Made by a program: the position numbers and the translations under genes
Notes under the pieces: model-generated
Seen by the model: only the letters and a program-made list of their open reading frames with translations
The model's database searches: none
Told to the model about the DNA's origin: nothing
DNA from: a virus
Lineage: Duplodnaviria > Caudoviricetes
DNA length: 64,000 nt
Direction: 5' to 3' (one strand)
IMG/VR virus record: IMGVR_UViG_3300010371_000003
Coordinates: 946-64,945 of that record
Part shown: positions 47,164 to 55,971 of the stretch, in pieces
Numbering within the stretch: the stretch's first letter is position 1
Layout: every line of letters begins with the position of its first letter

Positions 47164-47646
47164 CTATCGAAAGACGTGGGCGTTCGGCGCCTCGAGGGCG
47201 GCCAGGAATTCCTCTTCGGTCACCTCGTGACCGACGGGCCAGCCGTGGTGGTGCTTGGCCTGGCCGAAGGCGTCGTACTTCGGGTTGATCCGACCCGGGA
47301 TCATCCGGAACTGCATCTCCGGCGCGTTCCCCTTGGCCTTCCCGGCGATCCGGGGCTGGTCGAGGATCTTGGGCAGCATCCCGTGCTTCTTCGCCCAGTG
47401 CTCGACGGTGGCCTTCGGGCCCGCCGGCTTGCTTTCGGGCGCCGGCGTCGGGATGGGGTCAGCGGGGATCGGCTGCTCCAGCCTTTCGCCCGGGTGGCCC
47501 GCGGGCCCCGGCGTCGGTTTCGCATCGGCCGGGATGGGCTGGTCGAGCTGCTCGCCCGGATGACCGGTCGGCGCCGGCGTCGGTTCAGCGGCAGCAGCTT
47601 CCTGCGCCCCGGCCGGTTCGATGATGATCTTCTCGTCGCTGTTCAT
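47164..47646 (-). CDS. Hypothetical protein with N-terminal Pro-rich duplication
   Basis: PTP.P.GHPGE.L.QPIPAD x2; GWPVGHEVTEEEF..A. Confidence 0.7.
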   Translation of the reverse strand: MNSDEKIIIEPAGAQEAAAAEPTPAPTGHPGEQLDQPIPADAKPTPGPAGHPGERLEQPIPADPIPTPAPESKPAGPKATVEHWAKKHGMLPKILDQPRIAGKAKGNAPEMQFRMIPGRINPKYDAFGQAKHHHGWPVGHEVTEEEFLAALEAPNAHVFR

Positions 47647-47657
47647 GCGGGTCTCCC

Positions 47658-48200
47658 TCACGATGACGGCTGGTCGATCTGGCCGTCGATCGACATCGAC
47701 GTCGCCTGCACGGCCGGGATGAACTCCCGAGACCAGATGGTGTAAAAGCGCACGCCGAGCACGAGCTCGTTGCCGAACGCGGTGTCCTCGCTCGGCAGCC
47801 ACTGTTCCCCGACCGGCTCGTAGAGGCCGGCGCACTGGTCGTGAATGGCGGCGACCAGGTGGTTCGCCAACACCTCGGTCTCGGTGTCATCCTTGTCCCA
47901 GACGTGGAACTGCAACACGACGTTGCGGCCCCAGAGCGCCCAGGCCGACGTGACGCCGTTGCCGTGCCGGTTCAACGTCCCGCCGTTCGAGCCCCTGTCC
48001 GGCACGCACACGATGCGCGGCGGCGAGCTGTACCGCTTCAGGTGCTTGGCGCCGTAGCCCGTCTTCGGCAAGGCCAGACCCATCTGGCGCATGTTGCCGA
48101 TCAGCTTCGTCTCGATCTCATCGAAGATCGCCCGCAAGCTGCGCGGCGGCTTCTTCGACTGGTCGTCGGTGCCGACGTCCTCGCTGTCGGGCGCGCTCAT
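47658..48200 (-). CDS. Tail terminator/neck protein
   Basis: PPRIV.VP; position before sheath. Confidence 0.6.
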   Translation of the reverse strand: MSAPDSEDVGTDDQSKKPPRSLRAIFDEIETKLIGNMRQMGLALPKTGYGAKHLKRYSSPPRIVCVPDRGSNGGTLNRHGNGVTSAWALWGRNVVLQFHVWDKDDTETEVLANHLVAAIHDQCAGLYEPVGEQWLPSEDTAFGNELVLGVRFYTIWSREFIPAVQATSMSIDGQIDQPSS

Positions 48201-48766
48201 CGGCCCATGGTCCTTTCGACCAGCGCCCGGGATTCCTGGCGGAACTTCCGCTGCCACAGGTACGGCAGCCCGCCCTGGTCGGGCGTGGGAACCATCGGGC
48301 GGGCCGGGATGCCCCCCGACATTCCGGCCGGCAGGAACCGAACGTCCACGCTGCCGCGCTTCTTCTTCCCGGCGCGCGCGCGCGACTGGAAGCGGCCGCG
48401 CTTGTCGACCGGCTGGAACCGGGCCCGGCGGCGCGCCGGCCTGGCGCCGTACTGGTGGTACGGCGCGTACGAGGCGGTGGCGTCCATGCGGAATCCGCCG
48501 TCGACCACCTGGACGGCGAAGCTCGCCCGGAGGCGGCCGGTGTCGAGCAGCGGCTTCTTCCCGCCGCGGCGCCGGTGGCGCACGATGGGCTCCCAGGGCG
48601 TCCCGTACGGGTCGACGCCGCGGCGGAACTCGTCGGCGACCAGCTTCAGCGCGGCAGCTCCGCAGACCTCGGCCAGGTCATGGCGGAAACCAGACCCGTC
48701 GACGCGGGCCAGCTGCTCGCGCAGCCCCGGGATCGTCAGGCGACCCTTGCTGATCACGCCGCTCAC
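48197..48766 (-). CDS. Phage virion morphogenesis protein (Mu gpG-like)
   Basis: F...VDPYGTPW...LLDTGRLRAS...YAPYHQYG...IPARP. Confidence 0.88.
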   Translation of the reverse strand: MSGVISKGRLTIPGLREQLARVDGSGFRHDLAEVCGAAALKLVADEFRRGVDPYGTPWEPIVRHRRRGGKKPLLDTGRLRASFAVQVVDGGFRMDATASYAPYHQYGARPARRRARFQPVDKRGRFQSRARAGKKKRGSVDVRFLPAGMSGGIPARPMVPTPDQGGLPYLWQRKFRQESRALVERTMGR

Positions 48767-48768
48767 GG

Positions 48769-49218
48769 TCAGTCCCCCTGGAACGGCAGCCGGCAGCGGC
48801 CGGTGCCCCGCGCCGTCAGCCCGCGCGAGCTCGCGCTGATGACCTTGCCGCCACGGAATCCGCTGCGTGCGTCGGCTGGCGGGCTGGCGCTGTCGGTGAC
48901 CAGCGGGCGCGGGCCGCCCGCCTGAATCTTCTCCAGCCAGCGCGTCCAGTAGGTGACGCGCTGGCGGAGGGTCTCGGCGTCCTCCTGCCCCGTCCCCCGT
49001 GACTCCACCAGCGCGGCGAACGTCAACACCGCGCAGCACTTCCTGACCGAGAGGTCCCAGTCGGTAAGCGGCAGGGTGAACCGGCCGTCGAAGTACGAGT
49101 TCATGAAGTCGGACTGGACGTTGATCTCTTGCGAGATCTGATCCGGCTCGAGGGTCTCGAGAGCCTCGGCGTTTCCGCCGAGGGTCCCGACCTCGCCAAC
49201 TTCGCAGTACGACGCCAT
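48769..49218 (-). CDS. Head-tail connector (Mu gp36/DUF1320-like)
   Basis: SYC...MNSY..GRFTLPL...RWLEKIQAG. Confidence 0.8.
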   Translation of the reverse strand: MASYCEVGEVGTLGGNAEALETLEPDQISQEINVQSDFMNSYFDGRFTLPLTDWDLSVRKCCAVLTFAALVESRGTGQEDAETLRQRVTYWTRWLEKIQAGGPRPLVTDSASPPADARSGFRGGKVISASSRGLTARGTGRCRLPFQGD

Positions 49219-49233
49219 CGACGACCGGGGGCC

Positions 49234-49653
49234 TTACTTCCCCTTGCTGCCCTTGTCCTCGCCCTTGCCCTTGCCCGCGTCGGCGCCGCCGGTGACCTTC
49301 CCCGGGTCGGTGGCCTGGGCGAGCAGCGCCTCGAGCTCCGCGATGCGGGTCTCGTGGGCCGTGACCTTGGCCTGCAGGGCCGCCTTCTCCGCGTCCGCGT
49401 CGGCGCCGCCGGTGACCGACACGATGTCGGTGAAGATCTCCGGGTCCTCCTTCAGGACCTGGAACGTCTTCTGGCCGATGGCGAACTCGCCCTCGTGCAG
49501 GCGCCCGGGCGGGTCCTCGTCCTGGTCGAGCACGAGGACCTCGCGGAAGCGGCCCATGCCGCGCGGCCACGCCTCGCCGGCGCGGCGCCGGTCGACGAAG
49601 CCGTCGCGGGCGGCCGCGTTCACGCGGTACTTCTTGCCCGTGACCGAGGCCAT
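49234..49653 (-). CDS. HI1506-like (Mu gp35-like) protein
   Basis: DGF..RRRAG.AW...LKEDP; directly after capsid. Confidence 0.7.
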   Translation of the reverse strand: MASVTGKKYRVNAAARDGFVDRRRAGEAWPRGMGRFREVLVLDQDEDPPGRLHEGEFAIGQKTFQVLKEDPEIFTDIVSVTGGADADAEKAALQAKVTAHETRIAELEALLAQATDPGKVTGGADAGKGKGEDKGSKGK

Positions 49654-50603
49654 TACGAGGCCCCCGAGCAGATCGCGAACTGCGGCAGGCCGTAGCCGAA
49701 GGCCGCGCGCACGAAGTGCCCCCACTTGAGCTTCCGCTCGCGGCGGTAGCTCTCGGCCTGGGGATCGAGGACCCCCACCAGCCCCTCGTCCTCGCGCAGC
49801 TGGTAGAGCAGCGGCTTGAGGCCGCGCGTGGTGCAGAGCGCGTGCACGCGGGTCGAGCTCTGGATCCACGGCGTGACGATGCCGATCGCCTTGCCGATGA
49901 AGACGTTCGTCACGCCGGCGGCGGCGACGGGGGTGCCGGCGTTCTTGACGATGTCCGTCACGAACGTCGCCTCGACCGCCTTCGCGATCGAGTACTCCAT
50001 GTCGGGGCCGCCGATCAGGATGTTCGGCACCAGGCCGATGCGGGTGCCATCGTCACGCTGCAGCTTCATGAAGGCCGCGCGCACCTGGCGGAACGTCCCG
50101 GACGGGTCGGCGACCCAGTCGTAGCTGGCGCCGATCAGCAGGTTGCTGAACTGCCCCTTGGCGGCGTTGTCGATGTCGACGGGGTGGTCGGTGTCGTAGA
50201 AGAACTGCCCGTCCCAGCAGGTCTGCGACGTCCCGGCCTCGAGTGTCGCGAAGACGTTCTGGTCGGGGAACTCCGCCCGCGAGCGACCGGCGTCGGCGAC
50301 CACATCGCCGAACAGGCCGATGGTATCGTCCTTCACGTCGTCGACCGAGAGGTCGAAGCCCATGCGGAACGTCTTGTTGACCAGGGTGTAGTCCCGGCTC
50401 TTGACGTTCGCGTCCTCGTTGTCCCCGTTCCACTCCTTGAAGGCCGGGAGCTTGGACATCCAGGGATAGACGTTCTTGGCCGTCTTGCTCGGGACCTGCG
50501 TGGCGACGTAGTCCCAGTGGGTCGGTGTCTGCAACTGCGCCGCCGCGTAGCGCATGTCGACCTGCTGATTGAGCTCGGCGATTTTGTCTCGTAACGCGTC
50601 CAT
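49653..50603 (-). CDS. Major capsid protein (Mu gpT-like)
   Basis: YPWM.KLP.FKEW.G...YTLVNKTF...DDTIG...CWDGQFFYDTDHP...GYGLPQ. Confidence 0.95.
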   Translation of the reverse strand: MDALRDKIAELNQQVDMRYAAAQLQTPTHWDYVATQVPSKTAKNVYPWMSKLPAFKEWNGDNEDANVKSRDYTLVNKTFRMGFDLSVDDVKDDTIGLFGDVVADAGRSRAEFPDQNVFATLEAGTSQTCWDGQFFYDTDHPVDIDNAAKGQFSNLLIGASYDWVADPSGTFRQVRAAFMKLQRDDGTRIGLVPNILIGGPDMEYSIAKAVEATFVTDIVKNAGTPVAAAGVTNVFIGKAIGIVTPWIQSSTRVHALCTTRGLKPLLYQLREDEGLVGVLDPQAESYRRERKLKWGHFVRAAFGYGLPQFAICSGAS

Positions 50604-50639
50604 GGCTGCTGTTTCTCCTTGTCCCTGGCTCGCGCCCGG

Positions 50640-51071
50640 TTAGCTGTTGATCCCCAGACCCGACTGCACCCAGACGCCGTCGCTGTCGACAGCCTGGATG
50701 ATCCCCGCGACGGACCGCGTCCCGGTCCCGTCGGTCTTCGCCACCGTGTGGTCGTCGACGATGTAGCAGGCCTTGCCGACGTCGGCCTGGGTGATCAGGT
50801 CGCCGGCCGAGCTGTTGTCCCACTTGAAGGTGCCGGACTCGGCCTGCGCGTAGATCGCGCCGTCCGCACCGCTGGTGTTGTCCGAGGTCTTCCGGCAGCG
50901 GCCGACGCAGACGAGGCCGGTTGCCGTCGAGCCCGGCGCGAGGTAGCCGGCCTGCAAGACGGACAAGGCGCCGAACCAGAGCTTCGTCGCCCCCTTTTGC
51001 TTGAAGCCGTGCAGCGTCGAGAGCGAGCTGTCCAGCTTCGTGGTGTCTCGGATCGCGCTCAGAGCAGCCAT
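50640..51071 (-). CDS. Head decoration-like protein
   Basis: ITQADVGKACYIVDDHTV...AG.I..VDSDGVWV. Confidence 0.8.
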   Translation of the reverse strand: MAALSAIRDTTKLDSSLSTLHGFKQKGATKLWFGALSVLQAGYLAPGSTATGLVCVGRCRKTSDNTSGADGAIYAQAESGTFKWDNSSAGDLITQADVGKACYIVDDHTVAKTDGTGTRSVAGIIQAVDSDGVWVQSGLGINS

Positions 51072-51095
51072 GTCGAATCTCCCTTCGGTTGCCGG

Positions 51096-52274
51096 TTAGC
51101 GGGCGGCCGCCGGCCGACCGTGGTTCTTCATCTTTTCCGCCCAGGCCACCGGGTCCGTGCGGAAGAGCTCGATGTCTTCGACCTTGATCCCCATCTGCAC
51201 GGCCACGACGCGGGTCGCGTCCGTGATCTCGGGGGAGCCGGGCTTCTTCTGCCCGACCTCGTCGGTGCTGACCTGCTTGCCGCGCGCCTCGATGCGCCCG
51301 CGCAGGTACGAGATCCCCTCCTTGGAGGGCTTGCCGGCGCCCTTGGCGAGCGCGGCCGCCTCGAAGATCTCCCGGTCGCCGGGGGCGATCTTCGCGGCCT
51401 TGATCCCGTCGTCGAGGACGGTGTTCAGCTCGGTCGCCAGCGCGGCGGCCTCGATCGAGGCCTGCTTGGCCACCAGTACGTCGGCCTGGCCGGCCTTCTC
51501 CTTCCAGGTCTCGACGACGCCGATGGCGCCGGCGTCCGACTCCTGCCCGGTCAGCTTGCGCAGGTCCGCGCGCAGCAGCAGCATCCCGTGCACGGCCTGT
51601 GCACGCTCGGCGGCGCCGGCGCTCGAGCCGAGCTGCAGCGTCCCGGTGAGCACGGTGACCTCGTGCTGCGCCTGGCGCAGCGTTGCGATCTCCGTCTCGA
51701 GCTGGCGGTTGCGGTCCTGGAGCGCTTTGATCTCGGCCTCGTTCATGACGGTCTCCTGCGTGGTGGTGGCGGCGGCGCCGGCGGCGATCTGCTGGACTCC
51801 ATCCAGGCCGGCCAGGTTGAGAATCGCGACGTTGTGGAGGGCGAACGGACGGCGGATGCCGTCTTCGGTGTCGATGTAGTCGAACCACGGCGAAAAGAGG
51901 CTGTACTCACCGCCCTTGATGCGGCCGTACGCCTCCTGGGTCCACATGCAGCCGACCGCCAGCAAGGCGCCGTCGCGCACCTCGATGTCGAAGTCGCCGG
52001 CGGACTTGCCCTGCTCCGCGGTGGCGTACCGCAGAGCCATGCCGTGGTTGTAGTCGAACTTCAGCGGGTTCGCCTTCTGCGCCCGGTTCTGCATGATGAA
52101 CGCGGCGGCGATCTCGTCGAAGGTCACCGGCCCGTAGTCGCTCTCGTTGACGCCGGGCTTGAAGATCACGAACTCGGTGACGGGCGTCTTGTCGGCCAGC
52201 ACCGGCAGCGGGGACGCGGTGCGCCCCGTGAATTCGCCGGTGCCGATCCTGCCCTTCGGAAGTGTCACGTCCAC
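51096..52274 (-). CDS. Prohead protease/scaffold (Mu gpI-like)
   Basis: FDYNH...WT.EA...I..GEY..FSP.F...NVAI.N; coiled-coil C-terminus. Confidence 0.9.
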   Translation of the reverse strand: MDVTLPKGRIGTGEFTGRTASPLPVLADKTPVTEFVIFKPGVNESDYGPVTFDEIAAAFIMQNRAQKANPLKFDYNHGMALRYATAEQGKSAGDFDIEVRDGALLAVGCMWTQEAYGRIKGGEYSLFSPWFDYIDTEDGIRRPFALHNVAILNLAGLDGVQQIAAGAAATTTQETVMNEAEIKALQDRNRQLETEIATLRQAQHEVTVLTGTLQLGSSAGAAERAQAVHGMLLLRADLRKLTGQESDAGAIGVVETWKEKAGQADVLVAKQASIEAAALATELNTVLDDGIKAAKIAPGDREIFEAAALAKGAGKPSKEGISYLRGRIEARGKQVSTDEVGQKKPGSPEITDATRVVAVQMGIKVEDIELFRTDPVAWAEKMKNHGRPAAAR

Positions 52275-52277
52275 CCC

Positions 52278-52308
52278 AGGATCGGGGCGGTGAAATCAAG
52301 GCCCAACT
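52278..52308 (-). promoter_or_regulatory. Late promoter motif copy (protease/capsid)
   Basis: AGTTGGGC-17-GATCCT. Confidence 0.7.
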
Positions 52309-52345
52309 TCGCCGATGTCGATTTCCGGCTAGCCGGACCAGGCGG

Positions 52346-53050
52346 TCAGGCGGCCAGGCGCTCGTCGAGCTCGTTGCCGATTCCGTCCGGGTAATCGGAC
52401 GTGTCTGGGTCCCAGTCGCCGCCGCCGGCGCCGGCGGGCGGCGACCCGAAGCCAGCCGACACCTCGACGTCGGGCGGGTCGGTCGTGATCCCCTCGGCCT
52501 CGGCCTCGACTTGCGACACCGCGGTCGCGATGCACCTGCAGTTCGGGTGGAGGATCGGATAGTGGCGCTGCCACCATGGGTGATCCTGGGGCAGCATGAC
52601 GCCGCCGCAGCGCTCGCAGATGTCGCACGTGCGCGGACCGTCGCCGATGGCGTCGAAGCGCCAGTACGGGCGCGCCTTGGCCACCGCCGGCGACGTCATC
52701 ACGTCGTAACGCCCGGCGCTGTAGGCGTCCATCACGTTGGTCCGGAAGATGGTCTCGAGGCGCGCGGGGTCGTCGCCGCCCCACTCGTCCGCCAGCTGTG
52801 GGCCGACGTCGGCTTGGAAGTCCTCGAAGGGGGTTCCGTCCTCGATCGCTCTCTGCAGCGCCTCGTACACCTGGGCGACCAGGTCGGCCTGGGCGACGTT
52901 CGCCACCGTGAACGCGAAGTCCTGCTCTGCCTCCTCGAGGGCGTCGTATTGCTCCTCGGTCATCGGCACCAGCGCGCGGAACCGGTCGATCGCCTCTTGG
53001 AACCGGACCGGGTCGTCGCCGACGTCGTCGCCGTGGTCGTGCGCGTCCAC
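52346..53050 (-). CDS. MuF-like minor head protein
   Basis: AFTVA...RLETIFRTN..AYSAGR...RPYW...YP.LH.NCRC. Confidence 0.92.
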   Translation of the reverse strand: MDAHDHGDDVGDDPVRFQEAIDRFRALVPMTEEQYDALEEAEQDFAFTVANVAQADLVAQVYEALQRAIEDGTPFEDFQADVGPQLADEWGGDDPARLETIFRTNVMDAYSAGRYDVMTSPAVAKARPYWRFDAIGDGPRTCDICERCGGVMLPQDHPWWQRHYPILHPNCRCIATAVSQVEAEAEGITTDPPDVEVSAGFGSPPAGAGGGDWDPDTSDYPDGIGNELDERLAA

Positions 53051-53059
53051 CAGCGTGAC

Positions 53060-53404
53060 CTACGGCTTTGCGACGACCTCGAACACCTGGTGCTTGCGCC
53101 CTGCGATAGCTGGCCACGTCACCACCTCGCTGCTGGCGAGCGTGACGATCCAGACGATCCGGTAGACGCCCGGCGCCGGCGCCGGCGCGAACGTAAAGGC
53201 AATGGTCGCCGGCTGCCCCGTCACCGGGACGACATCGCCCGGCGCTTCGACGGCCGCCGCGCTCGCATCGTAGATCCGATAGTGGACGGTGACCGAGCCG
53301 CCGGTCGGGTCGATCGCTGTGCCATCCTCGTCGTGGATCGACTGCGACCAGGTGACGCCCGTGTCGCCCTCGCCGAGGGTGAAGTCGATACCGGCTGCCG
53401 TCAC
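53060..53404 (-). CDS. Small Ig-like (BppU-like) protein
   Basis: FTLGEGDT...IDPTG.SV...G.Y...W.VT....TWP. Confidence 0.55.
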   Translation of the reverse strand: MTAAGIDFTLGEGDTGVTWSQSIHDEDGTAIDPTGGSVTVHYRIYDASAAAVEAPGDVVPVTGQPATIAFTFAPAPAPGVYRIVWIVTLASSEVVTWPAIAGRKHQVFEVVAKP

Positions 53405-53712
53405 TTGCACTTGGTGTCGACGGCCGCGCACGACGACTGCCGGACGCGGCAGTCGAGGTCCCACGGCGCGATGCCGACGGTTTGGTTGTTCGAGCACACC
53501 GTCGAGCACGGCACGCCCAGGTCGGTGTCGGCCGCCCAGGTGCAGCCCAGTTGCTGGCCGCGACGGCAGTAGTCCAGGCAGGTGGCCGGTCCGCCGTCCA
53601 ACGGCGCCGGCGAGCTGGCGTCCTTGGATGGGCGGACCACCGGCGCCGGGCCCGGGCACCCCTGGCAGCCGGCGCCCAGGGCCAGCAGCAGGACAAGCCC
53701 GAGGCGCCTCAC
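53401..53712 (-). CDS. Cys-rich lipoprotein
   Basis: VRRLGLVLLLALGAGC; many Cys. Confidence 0.7.
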   Translation of the reverse strand: MRRLGLVLLLALGAGCQGCPGPAPVVRPSKDASSPAPLDGGPATCLDYCRRGQQLGCTWAADTDLGVPCSTVCSNNQTVGIAPWDLDCRVRQSSCAAVDTKCK

Positions 53713-54539
53713 GCGCGCCTCCCCGTGAAGTCGACGACCCAGATGTCCTCGGTCAAGACCCACTCCATATAGGCGTAGGTGAACCAGCAGCGGCCGTTGT
53801 CGCCCCAGTTCGGGCCCCAGGAATTCGGGACGCGGACCCGCGCGTTCGCCGGGTCGTCACCGGAGCCCATCAGGGCATGGCCGCCGGCGAGGGGCTGGTC
53901 CTGGGGCACGTCGACGGTGAAGTCGGGCCCGAGCTTGTTCTCGCAGAAGTCCTCGGTCACCTGCGTCCCGAAGACGATCGGCAGGCGCGCCGCCAGCGCC
54001 TTTCGGATGTCGTCGATGCGGCGGCCGCCCTCCGTCAGGATGCGCGTCGCGTGGAACGGCGCGATCGCGTCGAACGCCTCGCGGTACGCCTCGGCCGAGG
54101 GCTTGGTCTTGTACGGCCCGTTGGGGTCGTCGCTGTACGGCCAGATATGCTCTGGCGGCAGGCCCAGCTTCTGGATCGCCTCGAACGCGTCCGAGATGAT
54201 CCCGCCGTCGAACGACTCGACGTCGTGCTCGAGCGCGTGGGCGAAGTAGACCACCCAGAGGCGCGAACCGAGCTCCGGGACCGGCGACGCGCCGTTCAAC
54301 ACCTGCAGCGCGCGGATCGCCTGCAGGGGGGCGTTCGCAAAACAGAACGGCGCGCCGCCCTGGTTCACGACCTCGCCCACCGCCGCGTCGATGTCCATCG
54401 TGCCGAGGCTGCCAGCGGCCGGCAGCGCCGCTAGCTTCGGCGCCGCGTCCGGGTACGGGAGCCCGAGCTTGTGGCGCCCGTCGGGCTTGTAGCCCAGGCC
54501 GCGGCCGGCGTGGGCCAGCTTGGTGCCGCGCGCGGGCAT
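53709..54539 (-). CDS. Papain-family (C1) cysteine peptidase
   Basis: NQG...C.ANA, GGHA, NSWG.NWGDNG. Confidence 0.92.
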   Translation of the reverse strand: MPARGTKLAHAGRGLGYKPDGRHKLGLPYPDAAPKLAALPAAGSLGTMDIDAAVGEVVNQGGAPFCFANAPLQAIRALQVLNGASPVPELGSRLWVVYFAHALEHDVESFDGGIISDAFEAIQKLGLPPEHIWPYSDDPNGPYKTKPSAEAYREAFDAIAPFHATRILTEGGRRIDDIRKALAARLPIVFGTQVTEDFCENKLGPDFTVDVPQDQPLAGGHALMGSGDDPANARVRVPNSWGPNWGDNGRCWFTYAYMEWVLTEDIWVVDFTGRRA

Positions 54540-54703
54540 CACCAGCACCATCCGTGGTATCCAAGTTTCTCGGGCGCGCCCTCCGGGTCGGCCTTCGCCA
54601 GTCTGCGCAGCTTCCGGTGAACGCGATTTTTCTCGAACGCGCGCGACTTGCGCGCACCGGAATGAAGGTGCTGCGCGAGCTTCTCGGGACGGCCCAGGCT
54701 CAT
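54539..54703 (-). CDS. Small basic hypothetical protein
   Basis: Coupled at both ends. Confidence 0.5.
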   Translation of the reverse strand: MSLGRPEKLAQHLHSGARKSRAFEKNRVHRKLRRLAKADPEGAPEKLGYHGWCW

Positions 54704-55302
54704 CGCGCCACGTCGCCCCGCCAGCACTCGCACCCGCCGCCGGGCACCGGCGTGCCGTGGCGTGCACCGCAGTAGGTGTCGCAGGTGGCCAGCGCCTGCG
54801 CGTCGCCTGCACCGATGCGGCGCATGCGCTGAACGTCCCTCGCCGCCCCCATGATCCATTCGTGCTCGTCAGGACTGAGCTGGTTCCACGACAGGAACAC
54901 GCCGCGCTCGCTGAGCAGCTTTGCCCGCTGGTCGCGTACAACCTCCTCCGGCGTCAACCCAGTCTTCCCGACGCGCGCGGCGGCGTCCTTGGCGATCTTG
55001 TCGATGACGCACTGGACGTCGGCCTTCCCGCTCGGCCCGATCTCTTCGGCGACCGTCTGGAGGCCTTCGATCACACAGGCGGGCAGCGCCTGGCCGCCGG
55101 AGCTCAACTCGCACACCAGCGCCGTTTCGATCCCGTTCACGAGGTCGCCGATCGCGCCCTTCACGTCGGGGCCGAAGCACTGGCGGATGTCGTCGGGGAC
55201 GTCCTTCACCTTCTTGGGCAGGAAGCAACCGGACGCGCCGGCGCCGAAGGCGGCCACGAAAGCGATGCCCATCCTCAGGGCGATGACTCTGTTTGGTCTC
55301 AT
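54700..55302 (-). CDS. Lipoprotein
   Basis: MRPNR...AFVAAFGAGASGC; SD AAGGAG. Confidence 0.7.
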   Translation of the reverse strand: MRPNRVIALRMGIAFVAAFGAGASGCFLPKKVKDVPDDIRQCFGPDVKGAIGDLVNGIETALVCELSSGGQALPACVIEGLQTVAEEIGPSGKADVQCVIDKIAKDAAARVGKTGLTPEEVVRDQRAKLLSERGVFLSWNQLSPDEHEWIMGAARDVQRMRRIGAGDAQALATCDTYCGARHGTPVPGGGCECWRGDVAR

Positions 55303-55532
55303 CGGGTCTGCTCCTTCTTTTCCTTGCGCTTGGCGTCGGTCGGGAACGGCGCGCAGGCCGGGTCCGTGTTCCACGGGTTCGTGCACGGCAGGCACGACCG
55401 ATCGTTCGGCGCGCACGGCTTCGGCGGCGGGTTGTTGCCGCAGCCGGAGACCGCCCCCGCGAAAAGGCTGATGGCCACGACCAGCAGCACGTCCGCGCTG
55501 ACTACCTGCAGCACGTTCCAGATCGTCTTCAC
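55299..55532 (-). CDS. Small Pro/Cys-rich lipoprotein
   Basis: LFAGAVSGC; follows late promoter motif. Confidence 0.65.
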   Translation of the reverse strand: MKTIWNVLQVVSADVLLVVAISLFAGAVSGCGNNPPPKPCAPNDRSCLPCTNPWNTDPACAPFPTDAKRKEKKEQTR

Positions 55533-55539
55533 GGGATCG

Positions 55540-55570
55540 ATGGTCAGGGCGTTTTTGGACGACCCCAACA
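55540..55570 (-). promoter_or_regulatory. Late promoter motif copy (lipoprotein/peptidase cassette)
   Basis: TGTTGGGG-17-GACCAT-7-GTG. Confidence 0.75.
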
Positions 55571-55752
55571 ATGGGAGCCGCTACGATGCGCGGATGCCGC
55601 GCCCGCCGCGCTCCGCGAACGACCCGCGGGTGCGCCCTTCGACCTGGCGGAAGACGCTGCGCGCCGAGGACCTGGTCGACGAGCTTGCGGCCAAGCGGGC
55701 AGAGGACAGGATCGTCGGCGAGGTGCCGGGGCGCGCCCAGGGCGCGGTGCGT

Positions 55753-55971
55753 TCAATGCTCCGCGGGCTTCGCCGGCGCCTGTTCGGGTAGGGCCACCTT
55801 TTCCCGTTCGCGCTGGGCGAAGTAGGCGCCCAGGGCGTCCTCGAGGATATCCCGCTGCGCGCGGCCCTCGAGGCGCGCTGCCTGAATCAGGCGGTTCTTG
55901 ACGCTGGTGGGGATCCAGACGGCGAGCTGCGAAAAGCCGGGCTGGTTCCGGCGGACGTTCGGCGCTGTCAC
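55753..55971 (-). CDS. Ribbon-helix-helix protein
   Basis: QLAVWIPTSVKNRLIQAARLEGR...DILEDAL..YF. Confidence 0.75.
   Translation of the reverse strand: MTAPNVRRNQPGFSQLAVWIPTSVKNRLIQAARLEGRAQRDILEDALGAYFAQREREKVALPEQAPAKPAEH

Noticed and set aside
44821-47745. 974-aa plus-strand ORF and similar long ORFs (7646-9982, 55998-58142, 50619-52394)
   Set aside because: Antisense shadows of real genes in high-GC DNA; no motifs
54119-54149. Eighth late promoter copy
   Set aside because: TTGGGG-17-GATATG lacks the conserved final T and upstream W, and is antisense inside a CDS
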